Shown here piece by piece: positions 25,829 through 34,631 of a stretch of DNA of 34,631 nt. Origin of the DNA: a virus. Its lineage: Duplodnaviria > Caudoviricetes. The stretch is from positions 1 through 34,631 of the IMG/VR virus record IMGVR_UViG_3300010011_000010, one strand, 5' to 3'. The position numbers and the translations under genes are program-made. Within the stretch, counting starts at the first letter, position 1. Every line of letters begins with the position of its first letter. The notes under the pieces were generated by a model. That model was not told the DNA's origin, did not search any database, and saw only the letters and a list, made by a program, of their open reading frames with translations.

Positions 25829-27436
25829 CTATCCCCACAACTCCATAAACTCAACTTCTACCGGCTTATATTTACTTGGATTTATATCCCTTGGTACCCG
25901 CCAGCCGTTAGCCGCAATCCGATCTATAAGTTTCTTGGCTGTTTCAAACTGCCAGGTCCCTACATGCTGGAATCCTTTTGACTCCAGGAACCTAATCTGT
26001 TTAGGGGTGGTAAGACCTTCTATTCTGCGCATAGCTAACCGATCCAACAGTTTGGCAGCCTTTCCTGCTGTCTCGATTTCATCAGGATAAATACCCAGCT
26101 TTTCAAGTGTTTTGATTTGGCTTTCTGAAGGCGGGCCCATTTCCCAGCCAAAGGTCGGTACATAGTTGGCCAGATCCTCAGCCTGGATGCTCATTTCAAA
26201 CTGCAGCGGATCCACTAACTTGCGTTTCCGGTTCCTCATTTCCCGGAGTTGCTTCGCCAGGGCTTCCTCCCGGGCAGCTACGACATCTTCTTTAGCTCGT
26301 TGTTCAGCTGCTTCAATGTCTACCGGGCAGCCGGCAGCTTCGATGTTTTCGGTCATTTTTTTAGCTACTTCCGGTGATTCGCAGATTAAATGTGCAGGGT
26401 GACATAACTCATGGCGTTCTGTATGCCAGAGGAAATCCAGCAGAAGCAGGTGGTCTTTACCCTCGAATAGTCGAGTTCCCCGGCCTACCATCTGACAGTA
26501 TAGGCTGCGAATCTTGGTTGGCCTTAACACAACTATGCAGTCTACCGACGGACAGTCCCAGCCCTCAGTTAACAGCATAGAATTACACAGTACATCATAT
26601 TTGCCGGCTTCAAAATCTGCCAGAATTTGAGCCCGATCCTGGCTGTCGCCATTTACCTCAGCGGCCCGGAACCCTTTCTGCTCCAGGATGTCCCGGAATT
26701 TCTGACTGGTTTTAATAAGTGGCAGGAATACTACTGTTTTTCGGTCCATGCAGTATTTAGCCATTTCGTCTGCAATTTGGTATAGATAAGGGTCTAAAGC
26801 GGTACCCAAATCACCGGATTTAAAGTCTCCCGCTTGAACTCCTACACCTGTCAGATCCAACTTAAGCGGTATAGTCTGGGCTTTAATCTTACACAGGTAC
26901 CCTTCCTTGATAGCCCTGGGTAAGGTATATTCATAAGCCAACGATTCAAAATACTGCCCCAGATTACGCATATCGCCCCGGTCAGGGGTGGCTGTTACAC
27001 CTAACACTTTGGCCTGGTCAAAATAATTTAATACTCGCTGGTAACTGTCTGCTAAGCAGTGGTGGGCTTCGTCCACGATGATAGTGTTAAAATAATCCAC
27101 CGGAAAACGGGCCAGGCGTGTTTCTCGCATGAGAGATTGGACTGATCCAACTACAACCCGATACCAGCTATTCAGGCAGGAATCCTCAGCCTTTTCTACC
27201 GCACAGCCTAAGCCGGTAGCTTTAGCCATCTTATCAGCAGCCTGTTCAAGGAGTTCGCCCCGGTGAGCGAGTATTAAAACCCGCTCACCATCTCGGACGC
27301 AATCCTCAGTCAGCTTGCTGAAAATTATTGTTTTGCCGGTACCAGTCGGCAGCACCAGTAGGGTTTTTCTATTCCCTTTAGCCCATTCAGCCTGGACAGC
27401 CTGTTTTGCTTCTATCTGATATGGTCTTAAATCCAT
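25829..27436 (-). CDS. SF2 DEAD/DEAH-box helicase
   Basis: PTGTGKT, DEAHH, TATP, LTEGWD and QMVGRGTR motifs. Confidence 0.93.
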   Translation of the reverse strand: MDLRPYQIEAKQAVQAEWAKGNRKTLLVLPTGTGKTIIFSKLTEDCVRDGERVLILAHRGELLEQAADKMAKATGLGCAVEKAEDSCLNSWYRVVVGSVQSLMRETRLARFPVDYFNTIIVDEAHHCLADSYQRVLNYFDQAKVLGVTATPDRGDMRNLGQYFESLAYEYTLPRAIKEGYLCKIKAQTIPLKLDLTGVGVQAGDFKSGDLGTALDPYLYQIADEMAKYCMDRKTVVFLPLIKTSQKFRDILEQKGFRAAEVNGDSQDRAQILADFEAGKYDVLCNSMLLTEGWDCPSVDCIVVLRPTKIRSLYCQMVGRGTRLFEGKDHLLLLDFLWHTERHELCHPAHLICESPEVAKKMTENIEAAGCPVDIEAAEQRAKEDVVAAREEALAKQLREMRNRKRKLVDPLQFEMSIQAEDLANYVPTFGWEMGPPSESQIKTLEKLGIYPDEIETAGKAAKLLDRLAMRRIEGLTTPKQIRFLESKGFQHVGTWQFETAKKLIDRIAANGWRVPRDINPSKYKPVEVEFMELWG

Positions 27437-27438
27437 AA

Positions 27439-27933
27439 CTAAAAGCTCCCCGGTGTAAACATTGTTTGTTGAGGCTGCTGGACTTCAGGTTCATAAAATC
27501 TCTTGATCTGGTTCATAGTTATTTCCTTACCTTCATCATTGATCCACTTACGGGTCCCAACCTGGCAGCGGCCTTTTGAACCTACCACTGTGTTCCAGTT
27601 CATTTTTAGGCGCTCACCTTTTTTACGTTGTCCAATGGCAGTAAAGAAAGCACAAAGCATTCCCTCGGTTTTGCTATGCAAGAAAAGGTTGTGTTTGATG
27701 ATTGTGGTGCCTTCTTTACCTTCTACTTTTACATGGACTATTGCCTTGTTGCATGGCGGTAATTTTTCACTGCCAGGGTGGCGGCTGCGCTCAAAATCAA
27801 CGATTTCAAAATTGTAATCGCCTTCAGGCAGCAGGACAAACTCTGGTCCATCATTCTCGATAGTGTCCTCCCATCCTAATTCCCGACCTATATCTTCAGC
27901 ATTAATTTCAGTTCCGTAATCTTCCCAACCCAT
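27439..27933 (-). CDS. DUF669-like single-stranded DNA-binding protein
   Basis: FVLLPEGDYNF..., short acidic/aromatic tail, located downstream of the Sak4-like gene. Confidence 0.7.
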   Translation of the reverse strand: MGWEDYGTEINAEDIGRELGWEDTIENDGPEFVLLPEGDYNFEIVDFERSRHPGSEKLPPCNKAIVHVKVEGKEGTTIIKHNLFLHSKTEGMLCAFFTAIGQRKKGERLKMNWNTVVGSKGRCQVGTRKWINDEGKEITMNQIKRFYEPEVQQPQQTMFTPGSF

Positions 27934-29004
27934 TTATTTACTCCTCCTATCTGTAATCATTTTGAATACCTGTTCCCAGGCACCAACCAAAACACCGTCA
28001 ATAAAGCCAGGATCATATTTGTTTATGGGTGTATCAACCGGGTAATATCCCCGACTGGCCACTGCCTGCTGAATCTCAGCCACTGTCACATTATTGGCTC
28101 TCATCAAATCGGCCAGCTGCTTAGGTATCCCTGCCAGATCATCTGCGGTTTGATTGGGCTTATCCCAAGGATCCGGTTCATCTTCGGTTGAGTCAATAAA
28201 ATTAAATTCCGGTACTGGATCGGCTTGTTGTTGCGGTTGCTGAGGAATGGGTTGCTGCTTTATTGGCTGCTGTTTTCCTCGGGTAATAATCAGTGGTCCA
28301 ATTTCGTCATAATCTAGTGGGATCTCCGGTAACAGGTCATGCCTGTTTTTAGCGTCCCAGCATGGGTGGTGGGTGGTGTAGATTACCCGCTTGCCACCTC
28401 GGGCTTTATTGACACCTTTATCGGCTCCCTGACCATCTACATTAACTACATAAGTCTTATAGTTCGCAAATAGGAGCATATCAGCCCATTCTTTTACCAA
28501 TGGAGCTACTTTTTTTTCCAGCTTCATTTCCCACCGGTCGTAAGCTCCTAATTCATCTGGCTGCTCAAATTTTCGCATTTGAGCATGGGCTACCAGGACA
28601 ATATTAATTCCTAGTTCAATCAGATCTTCTAACAGGTTCAAGAGTCGCCCGAATTCTTCAGCTACATAAACATATCCCTTGCCATAACCAAAATCCTCAA
28701 TGCCTTTTTTTTGGGCCTTAGCGCATACTTCATTTTTGCAAAGCTGTTCGGCCCAATCTGCGGTATCAATGACCAGGGTGTCACAGATATGGGGATTCTG
28801 TTTGACGTATTTAACTTCTTCCATAAGCATGGTCCAGCTGGTAGGCTTAGGCAGCCGGGCCACATCCATATGCTTAGTGCTGCCCTCAGTATCGATAAAA
28901 ACCGCATTAGGAAACTTAGCTGCAAAGGATGATTTACCAATGCCCTCCGGGCCATAGATAACTATTTTTTGAGCTCCTACAATTACGCCTTTGTTTATCT
29001 GCAA
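27934..29004 (-). CDS. Sak4-like AAA_24 single-strand annealing ATPase
   Basis: YGPEGIGKS, DTEGST, LVIDTADW, GYGKGY, EWAD and AKNR motifs. Confidence 0.85.
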   Translation of the reverse strand: MQINKGVIVGAQKIVIYGPEGIGKSSFAAKFPNAVFIDTEGSTKHMDVARLPKPTSWTMLMEEVKYVKQNPHICDTLVIDTADWAEQLCKNEVCAKAQKKGIEDFGYGKGYVYVAEEFGRLLNLLEDLIELGINIVLVAHAQMRKFEQPDELGAYDRWEMKLEKKVAPLVKEWADMLLFANYKTYVVNVDGQGADKGVNKARGGKRVIYTTHHPCWDAKNRHDLLPEIPLDYDEIGPLIITRGKQQPIKQQPIPQQPQQQADPVPEFNFIDSTEDEPDPWDKPNQTADDLAGIPKQLADLMRANNVTVAEIQQAVASRGYYPVDTPINKYDPGFIDGVLVGAWEQVFKMITDRRSK

Positions 29005-30315
29005 TTAGAATTCACCTGCCTTCCATGATGGAGTAGTCATTTCCGGTTCGACAGTCGAATTAGGTGTTTCTACCCCTTTGACATATCCGTCCTCAATAAT
29101 AATGCTGCACTCATCGCCAGTGCTTACTCGGGTAGCAATCGCCTGGAGTCCTTCCTGCTCCAGCCAGGCTCCAAACTCATTAAGGGTTTCCAGGTCCATC
29201 TGCTCCAGCTTATCCATAAGGACAAAGCCGCATTTCGGATTCAGCCGGCGCACAATGGCCACAGCTACCTTGAGCTGGTCGCTGCTGCTCATGTTGTCCC
29301 ACTTGAATCCGTTATAAGTCAGCTCACCATCCACAACGGAGAGACCCGGCAGGGGCAGATCGGCACCATTGAGCAGGTCAATTTTAGCTTGTCTGACTTT
29401 TTCTAGCTTAACGGTTAGGGCATTGTACTGGTTGATGTATTCCTGGGCATCCATTTCAGCCTTATCCTTATCCATGTTGGCCCGGACTTTGCGATTGATT
29501 TCCTCGATGTTGGCAATGTTGGCTTCAAGCTCAGCAGTGGATTCATCGTGGAGTTGTTCAACTGTTTTTCGTGCTATGGCTATGTCGGCATCCAGCTGAT
29601 CACGCTGTGCCTTTAAGGAAATTAACCGCTTTTCTAAATCAGCAATTTGTTTTTGCACTTCGTTGTAATTGAATTCAAGGGTACGCAGGTTTTCGCGTTT
29701 TCGCTGGTTCTCGCCATTGCGGGCTAGAATGTCCTGCTGTTGTTTGATCAGGTCAGATGCAGATATAAGTTCTTTGGGTGCATCAGGGTAATAAGGCTGC
29801 TCAGCTGCAAACTTCTTTTTTTGGTCAGCTATTTGACCAATAGCATGCCGCTGATTGTAGATCTCCTTTTCCTGTTGTTCCAACTCGAATAGCTTGTCCC
29901 CCACACCGATAATTTGCAGCAATGTCTGAGCCTTTTCCTTGTTGCTGGCTTGCATAAATTTGGGCAGGTCTAGTGCCAGCTGCTCTACAAACTCATTGAG
30001 CAGTTGCTGACCGCCTTTACGGCCTTTCGGGTCGATTACTTTAAGGTCAGAGTTTTTTCCCTTGCGCTCGACTACTAGGCCATTTGACAAAACGACATGA
30101 AGGTAAGGCGGGATAACAGATCCTTCGCGCTGAGGTTCTGATGGACGGTACCGTTCGCCACCCAGAGCCCAACAAATAGCATCCAGAACACTGGTTTTGC
30201 CTTGATTATTCTTCCCGCCCACTATTGTCAGGCCGTTGGGAGTTGGCTCGATTTTGACAGCCTTAACGCGCTTTACGTTTTCGATCTCAAGTTTATTGAT
30301 TTTAATCATTTTCAA
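29005..30315 (-). CDS. SMC/RecF-like AAA_23 coiled-coil ATPase
   Basis: GKNNQGKTS Walker A, long coiled coil, MSSSDQL signature, VLMDKLE Walker B. Confidence 0.88.
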   Translation of the reverse strand: MKMIKINKLEIENVKRVKAVKIEPTPNGLTIVGGKNNQGKTSVLDAICWALGGERYRPSEPQREGSVIPPYLHVVLSNGLVVERKGKNSDLKVIDPKGRKGGQQLLNEFVEQLALDLPKFMQASNKEKAQTLLQIIGVGDKLFELEQQEKEIYNQRHAIGQIADQKKKFAAEQPYYPDAPKELISASDLIKQQQDILARNGENQRKRENLRTLEFNYNEVQKQIADLEKRLISLKAQRDQLDADIAIARKTVEQLHDESTAELEANIANIEEINRKVRANMDKDKAEMDAQEYINQYNALTVKLEKVRQAKIDLLNGADLPLPGLSVVDGELTYNGFKWDNMSSSDQLKVAVAIVRRLNPKCGFVLMDKLEQMDLETLNEFGAWLEQEGLQAIATRVSTGDECSIIIEDGYVKGVETPNSTVEPEMTTPSWKAGEF

Positions 30316-30376
30316 ACAGCCCTCCTTCTACCGGCCGCATAACATATTCAATTGTTAATGGTTGATTATTCTCCAT

Positions 30377-30577
30377 TTATGAATCCTCCTTTACTGGTCG
30401 TAATTCACTCAATTTCACGGTTTTATACCCCATCCCCACTAACGGCCGTGGCTTCCCTCGGAAGGTGTTCCCGATCGGGAACGTTACTCGGGCCCGGTCG
30501 GTATAGATTTCCAGTATCTCCCCCAAGGAGTACCCGCCACCGGTGCGGGGCACCATCACTTTGTCGCCTGGTTTCAT
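30377..30577 (-). CDS. small SH3/KOW-like hypothetical protein
   Basis: MKPGDKVMVPR.GG....GEILEI...ARVTF. Overlaps the upstream stop. Confidence 0.7.
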   Translation of the reverse strand: MKPGDKVMVPRTGGGYSLGEILEIYTDRARVTFPIGNTFRGKPRPLVGMGYKTVKLSELRPVKEDS

Positions 30578-31044
30578 TTAATTACCCTCACTTCCACTTG
30601 CCGTCTGCCCCACTGCCAGCACTCGGCCTCGGTGGGCAGATAGACGTCGATTACATTCCCTTTGACTGCCCCCCCGGTATCGAGTGCCACCGCCGGACCG
30701 TAGCCTTCGATATAGAGCTTGGTACCCAGCGGAATCACTTGCGGATCCACAGCTACCGTCCCCACTGCGGGCCAAGTGCCTGATGCAGTCCGCTGTCCTG
30801 TCCATGTGTAGGCCGTAGCCTCCATGACCATCACCCGCTCGCTGCCCCGGGAGACTTCCTCGTCTATCATTCGGGATGCTTCCCGCTCGGTTTCAAGCTG
30901 CTGGATCTCCTGCTCCGTCAGTCCGTCATAAGCACCGGGTACAGGCTCGTAGGGGTCCATCGGCTCAGCTGGACGCATACCACTGTAAACTATCGCCAGG
31001 GCCAGAAGCAGTGCCATCATAAATCCTAAAAACCGCATAGCCAC
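30574..31044 (-). CDS. membrane-anchored 3D-domain (Asp-Asp-Asp) peptidoglycan transglycosylase-like protein
   Basis: N-terminal TM/signal. MEATAY...TASG...VAVDP.VIPLG..LYIEGYG..ALDTGGAVKGN.IDVY...WGR. Confidence 0.9.
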   Translation of the reverse strand: MAMRFLGFMMALLLALAIVYSGMRPAEPMDPYEPVPGAYDGLTEQEIQQLETEREASRMIDEEVSRGSERVMVMEATAYTWTGQRTASGTWPAVGTVAVDPQVIPLGTKLYIEGYGPAVALDTGGAVKGNVIDVYLPTEAECWQWGRRQVEVRVIK

Positions 31045-31256
31045 CTCACTATGTTGTAGCCCAGTACCAGCAATATGAATGTGATAACCAGAGCTGTAAT
31101 GGCTTGACCGACTAAATCCACCTGGCGATTGATTTTTTGTATTTCGCGTACTTCCGGAGTGGTCACGTCTATGTAGGTCTTGGGCTCCTGCCGCTCAATC
31201 TGGCGGGGCCTGGTTGAGGGGTGAATGGGCTGCACTCGACTGTTAGTCACTTGCAT
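31026..31256 (-). CDS. small membrane protein
   Basis: GGAGGG RBS before MQVTNSRVQPI. C-terminal TM helix. Confidence 0.65.
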   Translation of the reverse strand: MQVTNSRVQPIHPSTRPRQIERQEPKTYIDVTTPEVREIQKINRQVDLVGQAITALVITFILLVLGYNIVRWLCGF

Positions 31257-31450
31257 TGGGCTGGCCTCCCTCCGTTGGACTCTTTTTCCATTCCTGTAGG
31301 GTAAAAATTTTGGGATGTCTCTGGTTCCGCCCAGGCTACCAGGCGGCCGGGGCTTATATCTCCCCAGCTGAACCCCCAGTCCCGGCGTTTCCGGGCTCGG
31401 GCCCGCATCTGCTTCCGCCAGGCGCGGTGGCGTTTCTTGGTTCTGCCCAT
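31247..31450 (-). CDS. small basic hypothetical protein
   Basis: AAGGAGG RBS. Fits between its neighbours with short overlaps. Confidence 0.6.
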   Translation of the reverse strand: MGRTKKRHRAWRKQMRARARKRRDWGFSWGDISPGRLVAWAEPETSQNFYPTGMEKESNGGRPAQCK

Positions 31451-31453
31451 CAG

Positions 31454-31723
31454 CTACGCCTCCTTCGCAGGGAATACGGAGATTAGCTTGGCGTGGCACA
31501 TTGAGGGGTCTTTGAAAATTCGTCCCAGCAAAACAGTTTGATGGAATAAAAGCGCGGCCTCTGCCCGGGTATTAGCCGACATCCTCGTAGCTTTTATGCT
31601 TCTGCGCCCCCTGGCGAATTGGCGGTAGCGTACTTCGTAGGTCTTTCTCAAGGCTTGTCTCTCCTCTCTCAGTGGGGCTTGTTGCGGTGCCCCTATAAGG
31701 TGTGCTAAACTGTAGGTGATCAA
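31454..31723 (-). CDS. hypothetical protein
   Basis: TTG start overlaps the upstream TGA. Fits the operon. Confidence 0.55.
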   Translation of the reverse strand: MITYSLAHLIGAPQQAPLREERQALRKTYEVRYRQFARGRRSIKATRMSANTRAEAALLFHQTVLLGRIFKDPSMCHAKLISVFPAKEA

Positions 31724-31830
31724 TCATTTTTCAGTCCGCTTCGAGCGGGCTTTTTCTTTTTGCTTACTACCTTGTGCCGGTGATCTCTACCCTCCTTCTT
31801 TTCCTGTTTGATTCTGGCTGCTTTGCTCAT
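31720..31830 (-). CDS. 36-aa very basic peptide (not in ORF track)
   Basis: AAAGGAGGTG RBS. Translation: MSKAARIKQEKKEGRDHRHKVVSKKKKPARSGLKND*. Confidence 0.5.
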   Translation of the reverse strand: MSKAARIKQEKKEGRDHRHKVVSKKKKPARSGLKND

Positions 31831-31866
31831 GCGATTTCACCTCCTTTCAGATCAAGATCTCAGCAT

Positions 31867-32034
31867 TTATATAGCGACATTCCTTTCTAGGTCAGCCATT
31901 TGCTGATTCCAGTCCCGGATTTTTCTGATTTGCTCCTGTACATATTCATCCGTACTGTTTCCGCCAGTGGCTATGTACGAGCCAATACGCCATTCTGCAT
32001 CACGAATTAAGTCCTCAAATGATTGCCTGTCCAA
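31867..32034 (-). CDS. 55-aa DUF6877-like hypothetical protein (not in ORF track)
   Basis: GGAGGG RBS, TTG start. RIGSYIATGGNSTDEYVQEQ motif. Confidence 0.6.
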   Translation of the reverse strand: MDRQSFEDLIRDAEWRIGSYIATGGNSTDEYVQEQIRKIRDWNQQMADLERNVAI

Positions 32035-32047
32035 AATGATCCCTCCT

Positions 32048-32269
32048 CTACCTCACTGTCCGCAGGTATTTATCCTCATGATGCGCTGACTTTTGTTCTT
32101 GTGCTGCCATCCAGTTATCGAGTGCTTCCTCTCTAATCAGAATTTTAGTACCAGCTCGTGTATGTAGGATCTCGCCGGTTCGGAGTAATTCGCGTAGCTT
32201 GGTTTCCCCTAGAGTGTTCTGAAAGTAATCGCTCAGGGCAGTTTTAACTGTGTAAACTCTGCCTGGCAT
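32048..32269 (-). CDS. xis: excisionase-like winged HTH (HTH_17)
   Basis: YTV......F...LG..KLRELLR.GEI..TRAG.KILI...LD.W, downstream of cro. Confidence 0.7.
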   Translation of the reverse strand: MPGRVYTVKTALSDYFQNTLGETKLRELLRTGEILHTRAGTKILIREEALDNWMAAQEQKSAHHEDKYLRTVR

Positions 32270-32493
32270 TAGATCGCCTCCCTGTTAGGTTGCGTTTCGC
32301 ATCCTTTGTCGGCAAAAAAAATAGTCCAATCGAAGCCCAACGTTGCGGCGATCTTTTTCGCCATAGTCACAGAAGGATTTCTTGTACCCAATTCGATTTG
32401 AGCATAGTAAGACCGTGCTATCTTGGCTTCTTTTGCTATATCTTCTTGTGTTTTTGATCCACGGATATCTATCAACCATTGTCGTTTTTTCAA
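32269..32493 (-). CDS. Cro-like XRE HTH regulator
   Basis: TQEDIAKEAKIARSYYAQIELGTRNPS. TTG start after GGGAGGA. Confidence 0.88.
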   Translation of the reverse strand: MKKRQWLIDIRGSKTQEDIAKEAKIARSYYAQIELGTRNPSVTMAKKIAATLGFDWTIFFADKGCETQPNREAI

Positions 32494-32522
32494 CTTTCTC
32501 CCTCCCTTGCCTATCATAGTAT

Positions 32523-32625
32523 GACGCGTTATGCAACCTGCTAAGTCCAGTATAAGAGTTGCACTTTGAGACTGTCAAGACCCAAAACATAAAATGTGAC
32601 ATTATTTTTAGTTGCTATCTGCAAC
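32523..32625. promoter_or_regulatory. lysis-lysogeny switch: operators GTTGC-N5-GCAAC and leftward promoter
   Basis: GTTGCtatctGCAAC 32611-32625, GTTGCactttGAGAC 32558-32572, GACGCgttatGCAAC 32523-32537. Minus-strand TTGACA (32573-32578)-18 bp-TATACT (32549-32554). Confidence 0.75.
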
Positions 32626-32661
32626 ACATTATATTATATTAATAGAAAGGAGTGGTGTAGG

Positions 32662-33288
32662 GTGTTGAGTGAGAAGTTAGTCGAGTTAAGATCCCGAAAA
32701 GGGCTAACGCAATACGATGTCGCTAATTTACTGAACATACCCAGGTCAACATATGCTCAGTATGAATTAGGCCGAAGGCAGCCTGACTATGAAACCTTAA
32801 GAAAGATAGCGGGTTTATTTAATTGTAGCTTTGACTATCTCTTAGGGCGCCCTACTACAGTAGAAGAAGAAGCTAGTGTATATACGGTTAATCAAGATGA
32901 CCTTTTCAAAGTGCCTATCCTGGGTGTTATTCGCTGCGGCGCACCCATACCGGCCGAAGAAAGTATTGAAGGCTATATGTATGTAGATAAGTCTATTGCC
33001 AGAGTGAACAAAGATGAAAAGCTTTTTTATCTCCGGGTAACCGGTGATAGTATGGCTCCGAAATTCCAACCGGGTGATCTTGTGCTGATACGCCAGCAAC
33101 CTATTGTGGATGACGGCGATATAGCAGTAGTGTTAATAGACAAACAGGATGCCACACTAAAAAAGGTTTTTCGGTCCAATGGAACCATATGGTTACACTC
33201 GTTAAATCCAGCGTATGAACCACTCAAATTTAATGCGGAAGACGTACACATTATAGGCAAGGCACTACTCCGCGTGGGCACTGTTTAG
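32662..33288 (+). CDS. CI-like repressor (XRE HTH + S24 LexA-type peptidase)
   Basis: LTQYDVA...RSTYAQYELGRRQPD, CG cleavage site (IRCGAP), GDSM Ser and TLKK Lys. Confidence 0.92.
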   Translation: MLSEKLVELRSRKGLTQYDVANLLNIPRSTYAQYELGRRQPDYETLRKIAGLFNCSFDYLLGRPTTVEEEASVYTVNQDDLFKVPILGVIRCGAPIPAEESIEGYMYVDKSIARVNKDEKLFYLRVTGDSMAPKFQPGDLVLIRQQPIVDDGDIAVVLIDKQDATLKKVFRSNGTIWLHSLNPAYEPLKFNAEDVHIIGKALLRVGTV

Positions 33289-33298
33289 GAGGGATACA

Positions 33299-34480
33299 AT
33301 GGCTACAATCGAGCACAAGGGCGGGAATAAATGGCTTTTGAAAGTCTCAGACGGCGTAGGAATAGACGGCAAACGCCGCAGGCCAACACGTATATTCGAG
33401 GGAACAGAAAAACAGGCCCTTAAGGCTGCTATTTTGTTTGAGGAAGAAGTTAAGTCTGGCAGATATATAGAGCTCAGTAATAAGTTTACGTTAAAGGAAT
33501 TTACTGATTTATGGATAAAAGACTATGGTGAAAAACATTTAGCTCCTAAAACACTAGCTAGATATAAAAGTATGCTAGATTCGCGAATCCTTCCATTTAT
33601 CGGGCATTACCGGATGGATAAGATCCGGCCGATCACAATTAACCGCTGGCTTAACGATCTTGCAGCCTCCCCCCGCTTAGATGGCAAAGAAGGCACCCTT
33701 TCCGATCAAACTATCAAGCATCATTTTCGATGCCTATCTGCAATTATGCAGGATGCTGTTGAATGGGATATAATACCCTCCAACCCTTGTGCCAGAGTAA
33801 AAGCCCCTCAGGTAAAAAGAAAGCAGGTTGATTGCTACGATGAAAAGGAAACTCAGGAATTATTAGAAGCATTAGAAAAAGAGTCTCTTAAGCACAAAAC
33901 TTTGGTTTATTTAGCTATAGCCAGTGGAGCTCGAGAGGGAGAAATCATGGGATTAGAATGGCGACACATTGATTTTAATAACAACACAATCACAATAGAA
34001 CAGAGTAGTCAGTATCTTGTCGGCAAAGGCATTTTCACTAAGACGCCCAAAAACGAATCAAGTATTCGTGTAATTTCTATGCCTAAGAATGTCATGGATC
34101 TACTAAAGGCTTATCGTGTAGAATGGGCGGCAGCCAAACTAGAAACCGGCGATCTCTGGCAGGGATCTGAAAGATTGTTTACAACCTGGGACGGGCGTCC
34201 AGGTTATCCCGGGTGGCCGGGTAAATGGTTTCATAAATTTATCCAACGCCATGAGCTGCGTTCTGTCCCCTTCCACTCTCTTCGCCATTTGAGCGCAACC
34301 CTGCTGATTAAAGAAGGAGTGCCACTCAAAAATGTCAGTAAGCGCCTGGGACATACTGTTCTGGGGACTACCGCGGATATATACACTCATGCTCTGGAAT
34401 CGGTTGATAAACAAGCAGCTCGCAAAATTGGCAAAACACTTGATCTGCAACAGGCCAAAAAGAAGAAGCGGGCAAAGTAA
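33299..34480 (+). CDS. int: tyrosine integrase
   Basis: N-terminal arm-binding domain. Catalytic R (GAREGE), K (TPKN), HSLRH, LGH and Y (DIYTH). Confidence 0.95.
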   Translation: MATIEHKGGNKWLLKVSDGVGIDGKRRRPTRIFEGTEKQALKAAILFEEEVKSGRYIELSNKFTLKEFTDLWIKDYGEKHLAPKTLARYKSMLDSRILPFIGHYRMDKIRPITINRWLNDLAASPRLDGKEGTLSDQTIKHHFRCLSAIMQDAVEWDIIPSNPCARVKAPQVKRKQVDCYDEKETQELLEALEKESLKHKTLVYLAIASGAREGEIMGLEWRHIDFNNNTITIEQSSQYLVGKGIFTKTPKNESSIRVISMPKNVMDLLKAYRVEWAAAKLETGDLWQGSERLFTTWDGRPGYPGWPGKWFHKFIQRHELRSVPFHSLRHLSATLLIKEGVPLKNVSKRLGHTVLGTTADIYTHALESVDKQAARKIGKTLDLQQAKKKKRAK

Positions 34481-34481
34481 T

Positions 34482-34502
34482 TTAGTGACCACTTGGTGAC
34501 CA
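34482..34502 (+). repeat. integrase arm-type binding sites (right arm)
   Basis: TTAGTGACCA-c-TTGGTGACCA, matching 88-108. Confidence 0.75.
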
Positions 34503-34609
34503 CTTTTTATAAAACTCTATGATAAATAATGTTAGAACATAACAATTAAGTCCCATAATATAGGGCTTTGCGACAGACTATAATAATGTGTGATAAGTAT
34601 TTCCGCGCA

Positions 34610-34631
34610 CTCCAAAACCGAGGGCTGGGGG
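34610..34631 (+). repeat. right att core: duplicated tRNA-Trp 3' half starting at the anticodon loop
   Basis: CTCCAAA (CCA anticodon), ACCGA, GGGCT, GGGGG. The upstream sequence is not tRNA-like. Confidence 0.75.

Larger units (their letters stand above)
1..34631. mobile_element. temperate siphovirus prophage integrated in tRNA-Trp
   Basis: Complete modular gene order from integrase to lysis. tRNA fragments and arm-type repeats occur at both ends. Confidence 0.95.

Noticed and set aside
30332-30360. dif-like look-alike CGGCCGCATAA-CATATTC-AATTGTTAATG
   Set aside because: The spacing is off by one, it has no partner site, and it lies in a 24-aa bridging mini-ORF (30302-30376). Probably chance.

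Overview
The window is one apparently full-length ~34.6 kb temperate siphovirus prophage, probably from a Clostridia-type Firmicute host (inference). It is cut inside its two att cores in the 3' half of a tRNA-Trp(CCA): the 3' end is at 1-20 and the anticodon loop to T-stem is at 34610-34631. From right to left the modules are: tyrosine integrase, cI/cro/xis switch, early genes, replication genes (SMC-like ATPase, Sak4-like AAA, SSB, SF2 helicase, primase-helicase, likely origin), RusA and MazG-like accessory genes, HNH/terminase/portal/protease/HK97 capsid, head-tail, tail, and lysis. Three independently promoted morons lie on the opposite (+) strand. The most unusual observations are these. 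(1) Degenerate 28-30 bp dif/cer-like sites bracket the C-terminal module of a tail-fibre gene (one site is in-frame and encodes SAHLAEAAS) and separate AT-rich accessory genes, suggesting recombinase-swapped cassettes. (2) A LamG-containing tail protein is split into two genes around that nested fibre gene, with matching TWNxFT motifs at the break points. (3) The tape-measure and RusA genes are each interrupted at a UGA-C (decay or recoding). (4) Two 'promoter - small acidic ORF(s) - RHH regulator - terminator' morons resemble anti-defence operons. All family calls come from motifs recognised by eye; no database searches were run.
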